Shown: positions 10,838 to 21,061 of the stretch, piece by piece | Numbering within the stretch: the stretch's first letter is position 1 | Layout of the letters: each line of letters starts with the position of its first letter | From: Amoebophrya sp. A120 | Taxonomy: Eukaryota; Protista; Dinoflagellata | Direction of reading: 5' to 3' | DNA length: 64,000 nt | NCBI GenBank assembly: GCA_905178155.1 | Contig: CAJINV010000004.1 | Location: 7,563,820-7,627,819, forward strand | Made by a program: the position numbers and the translations under genes | Notes under the pieces: model-generated | The model's database searches: none | What the model saw: only the letters and a program-made list of their open reading frames with translations | What the model was told of the DNA's origin: nothing

Positions 10838-12583
10838 TCAGCTCTGCGCAAACATGACCATTTCCGGCATTGCCTTTTCTAAAATGTCTGCCTCCTTGTG
10901 CGCGATGTTTTCATTTGGGACGTCCAGAGGGTGTTGCTCTACAAACAGCATCTTCCCGATCAAATTTCCGCCGTTGTACCGGTCCGGCGGCGCTCCCTCG
11001 TCGAAGAGCGACAACTCGTACCAGTGCGGCGGGTCCGATTTCGGCGGACAAATTTGCAAAAAATCCTGCTGCGCACCCCCAACCCGGGCTTTCGCCATCC
11101 GCCCGAGAAAAGGAATCTTTTCCGACCACTGCAAGATCGACGCGGAGGTCTTCGCCCCACCGAAAATGTCGTTTTGCAGCAAATCGAAGAATTCGCTGCT
11201 ACCCGCGACCGCTTATCAACTGCAAATATCTCTGGGTCTGGAGTGGAAGTTTGTCATGCTTGTCTCTCATGGCTCCGAACTCTGTGATGCATGAGCAGGA
11301 TGAGAGTCGCTTGTCTGTCATGCAAAAGCGCAGTTTGCCATGCAGAACTCACAACAGACAGCAGCTCAAGAACTTGTCATGCTTGGCTGCGTATTGCAAT
11401 GTGTCCACCATTCCCAAGCCAGCATCACAAGTTTCCAGACCCAGACATATCTGCAGTGGATACTGCTCCGTCCTTCGCAGTTTCGTCGTCTACTTTGTGG
11501 TATGCAGTGCAAAAGTATCGTACTAGTAGAAATCGCATTACAAATTCGGTCAGCATGACAAATGAAATTTGTCATGCGGTTTTACCTTGGTATGGAGATT
11601 TGTCATGCATGACTGCGATTACTACGAGTACGATGCTTTTGCAATGCATATGTGGAAATCGTAGACCACGTCCCAGTGCACCTTCCCGGTGGTTTTATCA
11701 ACAAACTTCGCGTGGATGTTTTCCACCTTCTTACTCAAGTCGATCCGCGGCCGTTTGTCGATGTTCCCGGTCAAAAAAGACGCGGTCGGGGGCATCGGGT
11801 GGCCGGCGGCTCTGTCGCAGATGAAGTTCTTGTTAAATTCCCCCTTGTCGTCAATGAAGTTGGTCGCGACGATATCCAAGGAAAAAACTGTGTTAGTGTA
11901 ACTATCTTTGGCTGACAGCATTACAAATTTGCAGCTCTACATGACAGAGAAAACCTCTCATGCGTGGCTTGTAAGGGAAAACACACACGAAGAGAGGACT
12001 TCATGGCTGTCTAGCATGACAGGTGTAACTCTGTTGCATGTTCAGTTCTGCATCACAGATTTACACTTACACAGTTTTTTTCTCGCATAGACGATGTTGG
12101 GGGACTGGTAGGCGACGGTGACTTTCAGATCGTGTTTGTACGCTTTGTGATAGTTGTTGGTTTGCAGGTCCAGGAGTTTCCGCCCCTCGTCGATGAAAAA
12201 CTCCTGGTATGGATTGTAAAAATGTCTGGGTCTGGAAGGTTGGAACTTGCATTGTAATGCTAGCTTTCCATACCTAGAGCTAGAAAATCTGTATTGCATA
12301 ACCAACAAAAGTCGCAGCCTCTTTTGTCATGCAAAAACGCAGTTTCTCATGCGCATTGCCTATGAGAAACCGTTTCGGGAAGTTGTCATGCCGGACTGCA
12401 ACATTCGGAAATGTTTTCATCATGCACATTTTAGCATCACAAGTTTCCAGACCCAGACATTTTTGCATTTCATACCTGGTTCTTCATCGCCGCGCTGGCG
12501 ACGTGATCCGTGATCCCCTTGACCGCGGTGTTCAGCGGGGCAGGAAACCCCGCCGCGAGAGCAGTGCCGACGGCGCCTGACAT
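10838..12583 (-). CDS. Hypothetical protein (~280 aa), 5 exons
   Basis: MSGAVGTALAAGF...; four introners removed give an 843-nt continuous ORF ending at stop 10838. Confidence 0.75.
11214..11462. mobile_element. Introner family A (249 bp)
   Basis: TIRs; DR ccgct/ctgct; join KDGA|VAGS. Confidence 0.88.
11501..11650. mobile_element. Introner family B (150 bp)
   Basis: TIRs; DR tgtgg; join YDFH|KVDD. Confidence 0.9.
11873..12089. mobile_element. Introner family E (217 bp)
   Basis: TAT..AAAAAACTGT TIR; DR gacga; join PNIV|ATNF. Confidence 0.88.
12208..12474. mobile_element. Introner family A (267 bp)
   Basis: TIRs; DR cctgg; join MKNQ|EFFI; GT-AG register possible. Confidence 0.9.
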
Positions 12584-13465
12584 ATTTACTTTATGTTTAT
12601 CGGAAGTTTTTACGACAGTAAAAATTACTTTGAGTTTGAAAGCTGTATTCAAAAAACCTGGGGAATCTACCGTCCTCACTGCTGGCGCAGCAGCCCGCAG
12701 TGAAAAATAAGCACGCGCTAGTAGTACCCCTACCTTGATGCGTCAAAGCAGTTCAGTCGAGTGGATGGCGATCGACGTAGCTGATTCCTTGCGACAAGCA
12801 GCGATAATTTTGTTCGAAACCGATCGAAGCGACACGACAACAGAAACGAAGCAAATTTCATCCTCTCATCTCAGATATAGATATTGCGAAAAACGAAGCG
12901 AAATTGAAAATCGAAGTGTACGATCACAAACGCGCGAAAAGTCTACGAAAAACGATTTTTAACACTGACTCTGCTTCTCCCACAAGCGAAGTGGCATGTT
13001 GTCGAAGTAGCATGTCAAGTCGTCTGCGATGTACTAAAGGGTTTGTCGTCGTTTCGGTAGCAAAAGCGTATATTAGATACATCATACATACATTGCCGCT
13101 GTAATCTTGTCGTGTTGTTCGTCGACTGTATATTGTTCGGGAAAATCATGGTACTTAACTGGCTTGACACTACGTACTTCTACCAGGAAGTGAATTTACA
13201 GGCACTCCTACAAGGAGTCTGAATTGCAACAAAGTCGATTATCCCGATTTTCAATTTCAGGTGGGCGTCTGCATAACAGTAAAACAGGAACAAGTATAAC
13301 ACGATCAAGATCAATCTCAGGACGCGAGTCCGACAAAAAGGTATGTCAAATTGAAATGACAAAAAAAAACAATATCGTCCAGCAAAATAAATAAGCTCGT
13401 TGAATTTCAAATAGGCCGCAAACCAAGAAACCAAATTTCATGACCACAAACCTGTCAAATAATTC

Positions 13466-15178
13466 CTACTGCCTTCCCGAAGAGCTGTTGTCCAGCAGCG
13501 GCTCACTGAGGCCCGAAGGCTCCGACCGTAGATTCAGTCCAAAAGGACCCGGAGCTGCCGTGTCGCGGTCGTGATCGAAGGAATTCCTGGCTGTATTATC
13601 TTCCCGACTAGCTGCGGCGTCACCTCCTCCTCCGGTGCTTGTCAACACACTCATGACACTATGGGCGTGCACCGCAAGCGGAGGGCCGCGCAGCTCTCCA
13701 CCTGTCGCAGAGACGAGAAACCCCGCTGCATTCCGGTCCGCGTGATCATTCCGATCTATCGGTGCGTTTGGGACGCTCTGCGTTCGTCGCCCGACTGGTT
13801 CGAGAAAAGAGGCAAATGACGGCGGAGGGGGCCCAGGTGATGGCGCCGCAGGAGCTCCGTAACTGCTTACAGGTAAGGGGTCGGACGAGTTTAGATTTGC
13901 ATATGCTCCTCTCGTCCCTGTTTGCTCGTCCAAGAATCCGCTCTGAACACCACCACTTTCACTCGGCTTGTTGCGTGGGACCACATTATTATAGCCACCT
14001 CCCGACAGCGGGGACTGCTTATAGTACTGTCCATAGGTGCCACCGGAAATAGGTGACCCTAGAAATTGATTGTTGTAGTTGTTTCCACCTCCTAAAGCTG
14101 CACCTCCGCCAGGGCCGTAGACCGTGTTGTACGCCGCAAACCTGGCTTGCCGGTTCCGCGCGAAATTGATTGTGATCGTTCGCTTGTTGAGCGTGCCCTG
14201 GTTAGATGATAACAGATGGTTTGTCAAGTCGTTATTCGTGGTGAAATTATCGTAGCTATTGTGGTTTTTGCCGGGAGAAATCAGTTCCTCCGGATACACC
14301 GAAATCCGGCTGGCGGAGGAGCCGTTGGTTCCACGACCAGCCTTATCTATTGCCGTTACGTTTTGTTCACTCCCCCTCGCTCCTGTGCCGCGCGGAGAAG
14401 TTGTAGAGGAAATCACATTAATATCAGCTCCCGCTAGCCCGGGGCCTCCCCCTCCTAAAGGTGCAACCATTTTCATCATCGTCGTGGTCCCTGTCGTCGC
14501 TAAAAACTGTTGCTGCTGCTGATTCGATGTTTGTTGAGCTCCTGTTGTTCCTACGCCGTAGTTTTTCTGCGAAATCAAGCTGACCACTTGCTCTGACTGA
14601 ATGTCCGGCGCGTCCTCTAGAACATCCACGACTAACGGCTCGGCCAACGCGGAAGCGCTGTACCAAAACAGAATCCCAATCAGACAGGCCAGATTTCCCA
14701 AATAGCTCGGGGCGTCTCGTCTTAGGCAATTTTGCCCGTTCCCCGCGACGCACAGGCTGTAATTCTGGTACCAGGCAAAGAACAGAAACGCCTCGGACAC
14801 GAGAAAACTCATGGCCGCGGCTTGATCCAGGTTGAATTCCACGACCATGGTCCAGAAAAAACTCGGTTTCTGCTTGCTTTCCCCATCCATTCCTCCTGAC
14901 AGTTCGGCGACGTCGTTCGCGATTTGCTGTCCGGTGCGGATGAGGGTGAGGAGGCCCTTTAGTAGGAAATACCAAGCCAGCATAGTGATAATAGTCCAGA
15001 CGGTCGCGAAGACGACGTGCTCCGTGACCAGGCTGTCAGTGGTCGACGTGTCGCTATCATCGACTGGGATGACCGCTTTGACGCCCACAAGGTTTTCCGT
15101 GGTCATCTCGCCCTCTGCTGGTGTCGCCGTTGTCCAGTAGGACAAGACCGGGTCTGAAAGAGGAAAACGGGAGGTCAT
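13466..15178 (-). CDS. Hypothetical multi-pass membrane protein (570 aa), intronless
   Basis: Long ATG-initiated ORF with 3 N-terminal hydrophobic segments and a low-complexity G/S/N tail. Confidence 0.75.
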   Translation of the reverse strand: MTSRFPLSDPVLSYWTTATPAEGEMTTENLVGVKAVIPVDDSDTSTTDSLVTEHVVFATVWTIITMLAWYFLLKGLLTLIRTGQQIANDVAELSGGMDGESKQKPSFFWTMVVEFNLDQAAAMSFLVSEAFLFFAWYQNYSLCVAGNGQNCLRRDAPSYLGNLACLIGILFWYSASALAEPLVVDVLEDAPDIQSEQVVSLISQKNYGVGTTGAQQTSNQQQQQFLATTGTTTMMKMVAPLGGGGPGLAGADINVISSTTSPRGTGARGSEQNVTAIDKAGRGTNGSSASRISVYPEELISPGKNHNSYDNFTTNNDLTNHLLSSNQGTLNKRTITINFARNRQARFAAYNTVYGPGGGAALGGGNNYNNQFLGSPISGGTYGQYYKQSPLSGGGYNNVVPRNKPSESGGVQSGFLDEQTGTRGAYANLNSSDPLPVSSYGAPAAPSPGPPPPSFASFLEPVGRRTQSVPNAPIDRNDHADRNAAGFLVSATGGELRGPPLAVHAHSVMSVLTSTGGGGDAAASREDNTARNSFDHDRDTAAPGPFGLNLRSEPSGLSEPLLDNSSSGRQ

Positions 15179-15850
15179 AGTGTCGACGTGAGAGTGCTCT
15201 CAAAAACGACCAGCAGCTGATAGGAGAAAAAAGGTACAAAGCTCTAGTAGCACGCTGTTTATTCGTGGCAGGCACAGGGACAAAAATGTAGAAAATTTAG
15301 TGAGAGCAGGCGGGTCCAGTAAAGACCTGGCGCGACAATCACGGCAAGTTGCTTTCTTATTTTTTCGAAAACCAGATCACCAGCCTGGTGTTTTCAATAC
15401 CGCGAGACGTCGCGGCAGTAAGTACGGAGCCGGCAGTTCAAACCGAGCAAACCTCATGCAGTCGGCAATTCAAACCGAGCAAGTGGCCTCATGCGGTCGT
15501 GGATGAAGTGGCAGACCGAACAAGTTGGGCAAATCAACCGAAAATACGTATTCCTAGCTACCAAGTCAACCGAAGTTGTACCGACATATGCACCGACAAA
15601 GCAAGTAGCGAGTTGCGCCACTTTTTAGCTGCAAACAAATCGAATAGGACTTTTGAACAATTTTTTGTCGCCTGCTAGTAAATGGCGCCGTGGGGCCGTT
15701 CCCGTTCGTTTATGTTGTGCGATCGTCATGTGTAAAAACAAGTTGCACCGCAATTTCCTCTGGGCCCAAAAAAGCGCCGGCATCTGTATTCTCATGTGGT
15801 ATGATCAAGAAATTCCGCTTTGGCGGCCCAGCATATGGATTCGCCGCTCT

Positions 15851-18800
15851 CTAAATATGCACCGGCATGCACCCTTCGCCGTAGTAGACAAATGGTACAT
15901 TGCCAATCTCCGCGGCGGTTTCCCCAAAGAAGCTGTTACTTATGATCAGTGCCGTCGCACGGGACAAGCCTATGTACTCGGTCCAGGCGCGATGGTAGCC
16001 CGCTTGAGACATCCCAGCGGTTCGGTCCACGTGCTGGATGGCTGCCGTTGATGTTGAAGACCCTGTGTTTCTAGTTGGACTCGTCGCGCTACTGCCACTA
16101 CTACTATCTGCTACTGCAACGAACTCGTTCTCCACAAAGCTGGCGACTTTCCCGGCTTGCACTAAGGCCTGGACTTCCTCGGTGACCCAGAACTGCTCGG
16201 AGTCGGCAGAAAAGTACCAGGGCGTGGATGATTCCAAAATCTCCGCCTGGACTAGTTTGTCCTCCACTTGGACGGCGCATTCCAAAAACGAGGTTATCGT
16301 CGTCAACCCGTGCCGGGGTGGGTCTTTGAAGGAGTGCAGCGTTTCGTTCCCCGCGCGGAAGTGCAAACCGAGAAAGCTTTTCTTCGCCCCGAACTTACTC
16401 AACGGGTACAGCACTTTCGCGTGCGGCTTGAACAAAATGTTCCAGACCTGCGCGACCCAGCCGGAGGTGAAGGCGAAAAAGCCGTAATTATGCACTGCAA
16501 TAGTATTGTACTCGTATAAATGCATTACAAATTTGCTCAGCAACATGAGAAATAAAATTTGTAATGCTAATTTACCTCAAGGAAAGGATTTGTAATGCAT
16601 GATTTCCATACGAGTACGATACTTTTGCACTTGATAGTAATCCTCCTGCAGCCAATCGTGGATCAAGGCGTGGTATGCGGTGCAAATATGTCTGGGTCTG
16701 GAAACTTGTGATGCAAGGAACGGAATAGTGAAAACAAAACACTGTAATGCGCTGCCCAGCATGATAAGTTTTCCCGTGGTTCAGAGTTGCGTACTCGGCA
16801 TGAGAAACTGCGTTTCTGCATGACAGGCAAGACGAGCTCTTCGCGGCCACGCAATACAGAGCTCAGAGTCATGCCAGACTAGCATGACAAATCTCGCAAT
16901 CTCCCAGACCCAGACATATTTGCAGTGCATACGTGGAAGCGGAGGTTCGTCCCGATCACGAGCACCTCGGGGGACACGCGGAGGCCGCGGAGTGTGCGGT
17001 CGACCTGGTGCTCGGAGAGGTCGACCAGTTGCACTCGGTTGTTGAGTGGTAAATCTTCTATCCGGACCCGCCAATCGAGAAAGGAGGGTAACAGCACCTC
17101 TAACAACGGCCGTGGGTGTCGGATGTCGATGAGGAATCCTCTGTGCGTCGCGACGGCGAGCAGAAACAGGGACAGGATCCCGTGCAGCCGATCTCCGTGT
17201 CCGCCGCACATGGGCAGCCCATAGCACGCGGCGACGATCGCGCCTTTCAGGTTGCTTGGCTGCCCGGACCGCCACTTTCGGTGCTGCTGGATGTAGTCCG
17301 CCATGATTTGCTTGAACAAATCGGTTATAAATTGAAAAAGTAACGTGCTCGTATAAATCCATTACAAATTTTCTCAGCATGAGAAATAAAATTTGTAATG
17401 CGGATATACCTTGAGAAAAAGATCTGTAATGCATGATTGCAATACGAGTACGATACTTTTGCACAGGATATCGGTGCTTCTTTGCCGGTGGGACAAGCCC
17501 GCGAAGAGCTTCGTCTCTTCACTCGTACTATGCATTGCAAATATGTCTCGTGGGTCTGGAAACTTGTGTTGCTGGTACTCGCATCGCAAAGTAGCCAGTT
17601 GTGCAGCGTGACAGCATCACAAGTTCTTTTCCTCCGCTGTTTGCGGATTCATTCGTACTTAAACTTAGCATTACAAACTGCCTCTTCTCAGCACGCCAAA
17701 AAAATTGGCCATCAATCCCATTTATGCATTACAGATCTTGTTGTCCTTGAAGTTCTGCATCACAAATTATCCAGCCCCAGGCACATTTGAATTGCATACG
17801 TGCGCAGCCCGATGGAAGAAACTCCCTGGTCAAAGTGTAGGTTGGGAAGATCGGACGCTTCGGGGTACCGGAGCCACCGACAAGAAACTGTAAGTAGTGA
17901 TTTTTTTGATTTTCTTTTCGTCTTCCAATGGACGCATGGCGATAGCAAAGGTAAATCAAAATCAATACACATACTCCGCTCGTCTGTGCATGAGAACAAC
18001 TTTCGCGTCAAATATCATAGTGTACTACCTGTAGTATTCGGCTTCAAATTATTGATCAAATCGTGGTCAAAAAACGTTCCACAGAGATCCGGCCCCTGCC
18101 TGGTGTACTGCTTCCGCCTCGCATATTCGATAAAAGTATGACCTGCAAAAGTATCGCACTCGTATAATTAAATGCATTACAAATTGAAATTTCCTCAGCA
18201 TGTGCATGGGAGATAAAATTTGTAATGCATGACTGCAATACGAGTACGATACTTTTGCACAAGATAAAAAGTCACTGGCTGCAACGTTTTCGCCGCCACC
18301 GCCGCGCCGGCGAACTCAGTACTGGCTGAAGCCTCCGTCTCTCCGTCTTCAGATATTAAAGCAGCACTCGCCGTTTCGTTGCTTGCGGTATCTTCTATTT
18401 CACTGTCTGCTTCCATTTCTACTGCGGGACCACGAGCTGCCGACGGCCTGGTGACTTCTATGATGGTTTCCTGCACAATTTGCGCGATCTTGTTCGGGCT
18501 CAGCTCGTCGAGCGTGGATTCCGTCGGGAAAACCACCACCCGCCCGGGAATTTCGTGCTGGGCCTCCACTTTCTCTTGCGGGGGACGGATGGCGGACAGC
18601 TCGGGGACCCTGTTTGGGATAGAAGAAAAGGGAGTATAGTACGTGCATCACATAAGCGCTATGTATTTGTGATAGAAAAGGGACAACTTCTACGTCCAAT
18701 AATAAAGTGCCTGAAGTTCATGTTCCATCACTTCAGTGCAGACCGATAGTGGTCCTGCAGTTTTTCTTCTTGTGGCAGACGCAGATCACAATAAACTATT

Positions 18801-20453
18801 CCATTCTAATACCCTTCAGCCACAACAGCCTCGAAATCGACGTCATCACCGGCATCAGCTCCTCCGTCCGAACTACCTTCTTCGCCGCTAGTTATCTCAA
18901 AACTGCTCTCGATCTGCTGCAGTTCCAGATGCAAAACGGATAGAGCGGTGGACAACTTCACCGCCTGGATTTCCACGAAATCGAGCAGGAACGTGTTGTC
19001 GTTCATTCCGTACCGTTCATAGTTCATCACGTCAGAGCTGTTCACACTTATGCACTGCAAACTAACCATCGCACTCTACGTAGTAGATTTTATCGCATGA
19101 CAAATTTTTCCAAGAGGAAAGTTGTCCTGCTGATATTCACACAAGAGTCGAGATCTGTAAAAATACAGTTCTTTTACTGAAAAAACTTCTACAAGCAGCG
19201 TACGATAGTACTTATTTGCAGTGGATAACACTCCTTGGATCTTCGTTCTTCACCTCCTCCCATATCTTGTGATTGCTCCCCCAGGTCCAATTTTTCGGTA
19301 AGGGCAGCTGGTCGATGGTTTGGATCGAGTGTAAGTTCGGTTCTAGGGGTACGGTGTAGAGAAGGTTCTGGATGGTTGGCGGGCGCGGGTTGTTTTGGCC
19401 ATCTTCGTTGTCTTCATCCCCAGAGGTGGACCCTGCATGTTGACCTCCACGACCTGCATGAACCACTTCGACTTCATTCAAGTAAATCGCTTCGTCGACC
19501 GGGCAGTTTAAGTCCTCCCTATGAACTGCAAAAGTATCGTACTCGTATAAATGCATTACAAATTTCCTCAGCATGAAAAATGAAATTTGTAATGCGGATT
19601 TGCCTTAAAAGAGAGATTTGTATTGCATGATTGCAATTACTACGAGTACGATACTTTTGCACAGGATACTCCCGCTGCCTCAGCAAGTCGCTCATTTCTT
19701 CCAGGACCTCCATATGGATTGCAAAAGGATCTTCGCTGTACTCGTTCTAGTACAAATTGCATTACAAATTTGCTCAGATGAAAATGGAGTTTGTCATGCT
19801 GGTTTACAACCTTGTTAGGAAGCAGATTTGTGATGCACATCTGCAATTACTCGTACGAGCACGTGATACAACTTTTGCATTTGATACTCCAAAAAAGGCG
19901 ACACCAGCGGCTCTTCCACCGAGCCAATCGCGTAGCAGATGTGCCGCACGATTTCGGCGACCAGTTTCTGCAGTACCTCCATACCCTTGTCGTAGGCGGA
20001 AAGTAGTGCGGGTAAAACTTCTATATCCTGTGCAAAAGTATCGTATTCGTAGTATGTAATCGCAGCCATGCATTATAAATCTCCATCCCAAGGCAAAACA
20101 GCATGACAAATTACATTTCTCACACTGACGGTGAGCAAATTTGTAATGCGATTCATACTAGTACGATGCTTTTGCATTTCATATTCTATCCTCGATCGCA
20201 AGGCGCAGGGGAACTTTTCCACGTCGTCGTCGAACCGCGTCATGAGTCTTTCTGCACGTTCCACAATGGGTTGCCGCAAGTGCACCTCGCGGTACCCAAA
20301 CGCGTTGTTCAGCGCCAGCTTCGGAAACTGCCGCTTTTCCTCGCTGCAGCACGCGAGCTCCTCCCGCCCGGCGTCTGGACCAAACGTGGGAACAAAGCAT
20401 TTTTGGTAAAACGGGATGAGAGCAACGAGGCCGGAAGCTGCGTAGGAACGCAT
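15851..20453 (-). CDS. GT-B fucosyltransferase-like protein (~866 aa), 12 exons
   Basis: 9 introners and 2 GT-AG introns removed give a 2601-nt ORF. Motifs CGGHGDRLHG..SLFLLAVATHR, LGLHFRAG, YFSADS and LSRA..IISNSFFGETAA resemble alpha-1,2/alpha-1,6/O-fucosyltransferase motifs. N-terminal hydrophobic segment. Confidence 0.65.
16489..16636. mobile_element. Introner family B (148 bp)
   Basis: TIRs; DR gtaat; join QEDY|GFFA. Confidence 0.9.
16674..16931. mobile_element. Introner family A (258 bp)
   Basis: TIRs; DR cgtgg; join LRFH|ALIH. Confidence 0.9.
17326..17470. mobile_element. Introner family B (145 bp)
   Basis: TIRs; DR tcggt; join RSTD|LFKQ. Confidence 0.88.
17529..17798. mobile_element. 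Introner family A, degenerate (270 bp)
   Basis: Eroded TIRs; DR cgtac/cgtgc; join GLRT|SEET. Confidence 0.82.
17888..18028 (-). other. Canonical GT-AG intron
   Basis: ACAG|gtagt...ttacag|TTTCT removes an in-frame stop and restores frame. Confidence 0.7.
18137..18266. mobile_element. Introner family B (130 bp)
   Basis: TIRs; DR aaaag; join PVTF|IEYA. Confidence 0.88.
18610..18812 (-). other. Canonical GT-AG intron
   Basis: GAAGG|gtatt...aaacag|GGTC with a pyrimidine tract; frame restored. Confidence 0.7.
19049..19227. mobile_element. Introner family B, degenerate (179 bp)
   Basis: TAT..TGCAAA termini; DR acact; join PRSV|NSSD. Confidence 0.82.
19520..19668. mobile_element. Introner family B (149 bp)
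   Basis: TIRs; DR ctccc; join RQRE|DLNC. Confidence 0.9.
19713..19886. mobile_element. Introner family B, degenerate (174 bp)
   Basis: TIRs; DR ctcca; join PFLE|VLEE. Confidence 0.85.
20024..20183. mobile_element. Introner family B (160 bp)
   Basis: TIRs; DR ttcta; join SRIE|VLPA. Confidence 0.88.
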
Positions 20454-21061
20454 TTTTTTTTTAAGTTTTCCTATTTTCTGAAGATGTTGTTGAGAACTGG
20501 ATGAAATCAAACGCAGCAAAAAGATTTTTCAAACAACTGAAGGTAAGACACAGAAACGCGAACAAAGCGAAAAGGAAAAGCATTACCAAAGATAAAAGTA
20601 AACAAACGCGGGAGGTGCGAGACGAAAAAAAGAGCACTTAATGGGACTGAACACGGTTATTTGCTCGTCCTGCCGCTGTGTGAAAATCTTAAAGTTTGTC
20701 TTGGATCCAAGCTGCGATCTGTGATGCTTTAGCTTTACAGGCACAATACCCCAAAAGTTGCTTGTTTCCAGATCTTACACCAAAAGTTGCCTTCTTCAAG
20801 ATCCTCGCACTCGTCCTTTACTTGCGAATCAAAAATGATTTCAACACTTGTGCATGTGCTATCAGGATAAGGTAAAAATACTTTAAGTCGTAGTTCTAAT
20901 AGTACTCACAATGCGATCATACAAACAAAACCGGCGTCGTGCTCTTGGTACTTACTTCTACGGGGCTGAAAATGTTTCGGCGTTGTATATATTGGTCGTG
21001 CTATCGGGCTGAGGCTGACGTGTCGTCTACTTCTACACAAAAAAATATTATCCACCAAGAA

